Source of the DNA: a virus | Taxonomy: Duplodnaviria > Caudoviricetes | IMG/VR virus record: IMGVR_UViG_3300046779_000647 | Coordinates: 1 to 35,731 of that record | DNA: 35,731 nt | Reading direction: 5' to 3' (one strand) | In this document: positions 33,904 to 35,731 of the stretch, piece by piece | Position numbering within the stretch: the stretch's first letter is position 1 | How the letters are laid out: each line of letters starts with the position of its first letter | Made by a program: the position numbers and the translations under genes | Notes under the pieces: generated by a model | Databases searched by the model: none | What the model was told of the DNA's origin: nothing | The model's input: the letters and a program-made list of their open reading frames with translations, nothing else

Positions 33904-35160
33904 TTAGTATCCACTTATAGGGTCAAGAATCTCAAACTCATCTTCCTCGTAGTCAGCGTTATAGCTAGCCACAGCAAGTTGATCGACATAAGCCAAAGCA
34001 TCCACTAAGTCATCATGCACATTAGCGGTAGGGAACATGATGAGTTGATCCCTGAATTCAGTCCAATCTTGGTCTTCGTTAAAGCTAACTCGACCGTGCT
34101 CCATACGTCCTTGTAGTGCCCATACAACCCGATCAACCTTCTTTTTGTTTCCGTGCGTAAGATCGTGAATATGAGCATAGATGTTGTTCTTTCTCATCAA
34201 ATCGTTAAGGTATGGCAATACTGCATTCTTTAATGCTCCTCGCTCAATACCAATCGCTGTTGGATGAAAGTCTCTTACGGTTTTAAGGATGTTCACAGCG
34301 GTTTGTCGAATATCCCAGCGTCCGTGCTCAATGCTGTGAACCCACCAATCTCCATTGTCCAAAAGCTTAACAATCGCAATAGCAGTCTCATCTAACCGCT
34401 TCTTGGCTGCTCCAGCATTCTTAGCCACATCCTCAAACCCAGCCAAGTCCACAGCAACAAAGTAAGAACCATAGTCAGGCTCTTTTGCTTCCTTGAACCA
34501 TTCTTCCTTAAAGACGTCAGCACCAGCGGTATCAAAGGAGCTAAGATATTCCTGCTTGAAAGCAAAGGAGCTTAGAGTCTTTTGAGCAGCCTCAATTTCT
34601 TTAGGATCGATGGTTTCATTGTCTTTGGTGGTAAAGTGCCAACTCTTCCACTCATCATCTTCTTTCTGACCTAGCTGGTAAACATCGTAAAACCAGTTCC
34701 TTCCCGAAGGAGTGGAAATGAACAATGCCCTACCTTTTTTGTCAGACAAAGAAGCTCGGATAATCTTTTCCCAGACATCTTGCTTAACGAATGCACACTC
34801 ATCTAGGACGACATAAGTCAGAGACATTCCTCGCAAAGAGTCAGGATTATCTGCCCCACGCACAAGAATCTTACGCCCGTTAACCAACGTGATCTCAAGG
34901 TTGTTCACGTGACTGGACTTAATCACCGGCCTACCGAGCTCATGCAGCAAGTCCCAAATAATTGATCTTGCTTGCCCCAAGGTAGGAGCAATGTACATTA
35001 CAGCCGAACCCTCAGGACAATTCAAAGCCTCAATCAGCAGAGTCACCGCAGACAACCTGGACTTACCACAGCGGCGTCCTGCTGCCACCACCTTGAATCG
35101 CTTTTGAGACCCAAAGACTTGTTGTTGCCATTTTAACAATGCGAAGTTAAGGGTTGTCAT
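33904..35160 (-). CDS. terL: terminase large subunit
   Basis: AGRRCGKS Walker A, VVLDE Walker B, ISTP, AVDLA, HDDLVDA. Confidence 0.96.
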   Translation of the reverse strand: MTTLNFALLKWQQQVFGSQKRFKVVAAGRRCGKSRLSAVTLLIEALNCPEGSAVMYIAPTLGQARSIIWDLLHELGRPVIKSSHVNNLEITLVNGRKILVRGADNPDSLRGMSLTYVVLDECAFVKQDVWEKIIRASLSDKKGRALFISTPSGRNWFYDVYQLGQKEDDEWKSWHFTTKDNETIDPKEIEAAQKTLSSFAFKQEYLSSFDTAGADVFKEEWFKEAKEPDYGSYFVAVDLAGFEDVAKNAGAAKKRLDETAIAIVKLLDNGDWWVHSIEHGRWDIRQTAVNILKTVRDFHPTAIGIERGALKNAVLPYLNDLMRKNNIYAHIHDLTHGNKKKVDRVVWALQGRMEHGRVSFNEDQDWTEFRDQLIMFPTANVHDDLVDALAYVDQLAVASYNADYEEDEFEILDPISGY

Positions 35161-35557
35161 CTAAATCCCTGACTTCAACATCAACCACATCCTCTACAAC
35201 TTCAACAGCCTCAGGAAGGCCACTAGAAGCTCCTTGGAGCCCTGAAATGTTGATGGATATACTTGGGGTACTACCACCCTGCTTAGAGGCCTCAAAAGCC
35301 GATACAGGCACAATCCTATCGACAATCAACTTCCAGGCAGCAGCTTGGTTCTTATGATCGTTGTCCAAAGCTGCATCATAGATGGCTTCAAGCACCTTAG
35401 CACTCTTAGGTGAATTGAGCATCCTGAGTTTGTACTCATTGATGATGGCTGTATCACCTTTGGGACGTCCTAAGACACCAGTATTCTTTTTCTTAAGGGC
35501 GACAATCTCTCCCTTCTTTGGTCTTCCAACCTTACGTTTCTTAACTTCTGGTTCCAT
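35147..35557 (-). CDS. terS: terminase small subunit
   Basis: GRPK repeats; overlaps the terL start; start 35557 or 35602. Confidence 0.75.
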   Translation of the reverse strand: MEPEVKKRKVGRPKKGEIVALKKKNTGVLGRPKGDTAIINEYKLRMLNSPKSAKVLEAIYDAALDNDHKNQAAAWKLIVDRIVPVSAFEASKQGGSTPSISINISGLQGASSGLPEAVEVVEDVVDVEVRDLDDNP

Positions 35558-35731
35558 CTTTACCCTTAAGGAGATGTTTAGACAAAAAATCTTAGAGTCC
35601 ATTAAGCGTAAGCTTAACTAAGTCTTAAAAAATTTAAGACCCCCTTATACTTATAAGTATACTTTTATGTATATTTATAAATTATAATTATACATAAAAG
35701 ATATATTACTTTAATGTATAAATAATTAATT

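Noticed and set aside
1-35731. Alternative genetic code, DGR/retron, integrase, RNA polymerase, terminal repeats
   Set aside because: Core genes are intact in the standard code with all three stops used; no RT, recombinase or RNAP motifs; the window ends do not match each other

Overview
Most or all of a ~36 kb lytic podovirus-like dsDNA phage genome. It is probably aquatic, with a Gram-negative host (host is inference only). Two convergent arms meet at a bidirectional terminator (~15207-15234). The + arm has many small early ORFs, a T7-like replication module (primase-helicase, Tyr762 family-A DNA polymerase, SSB, 5'-3' exonuclease, resolvase-like nuclease), nucleotide metabolism genes (ThyX, metallophosphoesterase, DUF3310-like, class II RNR) and a free-standing GIY-YIG-like endonuclease. 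The - arm has TerS/TerL, portal, scaffold, major capsid, fibre and tail-tube genes, three ejection-type proteins and a lysis cassette (GH19 endolysin, holin-like protein). No RNA polymerase, integrase, tRNA or CRISPR array was seen. Best leads: (1) a candidate structured RNA with a loop-E motif before the SSB gene; (2) a 694-aa late protein with a dockerin-like Ca-binding N-terminus and internal repeats; (3) a shared C-terminal [D/N]GGTY tag on two fibre-anchor proteins, possibly a docking system; (4) an early gene split by a G7 tract; (5) an ATACATWAAAG motif shared by two distant AT-rich loci. All calls come from reading the sequence and recalled motifs; no searches were run.
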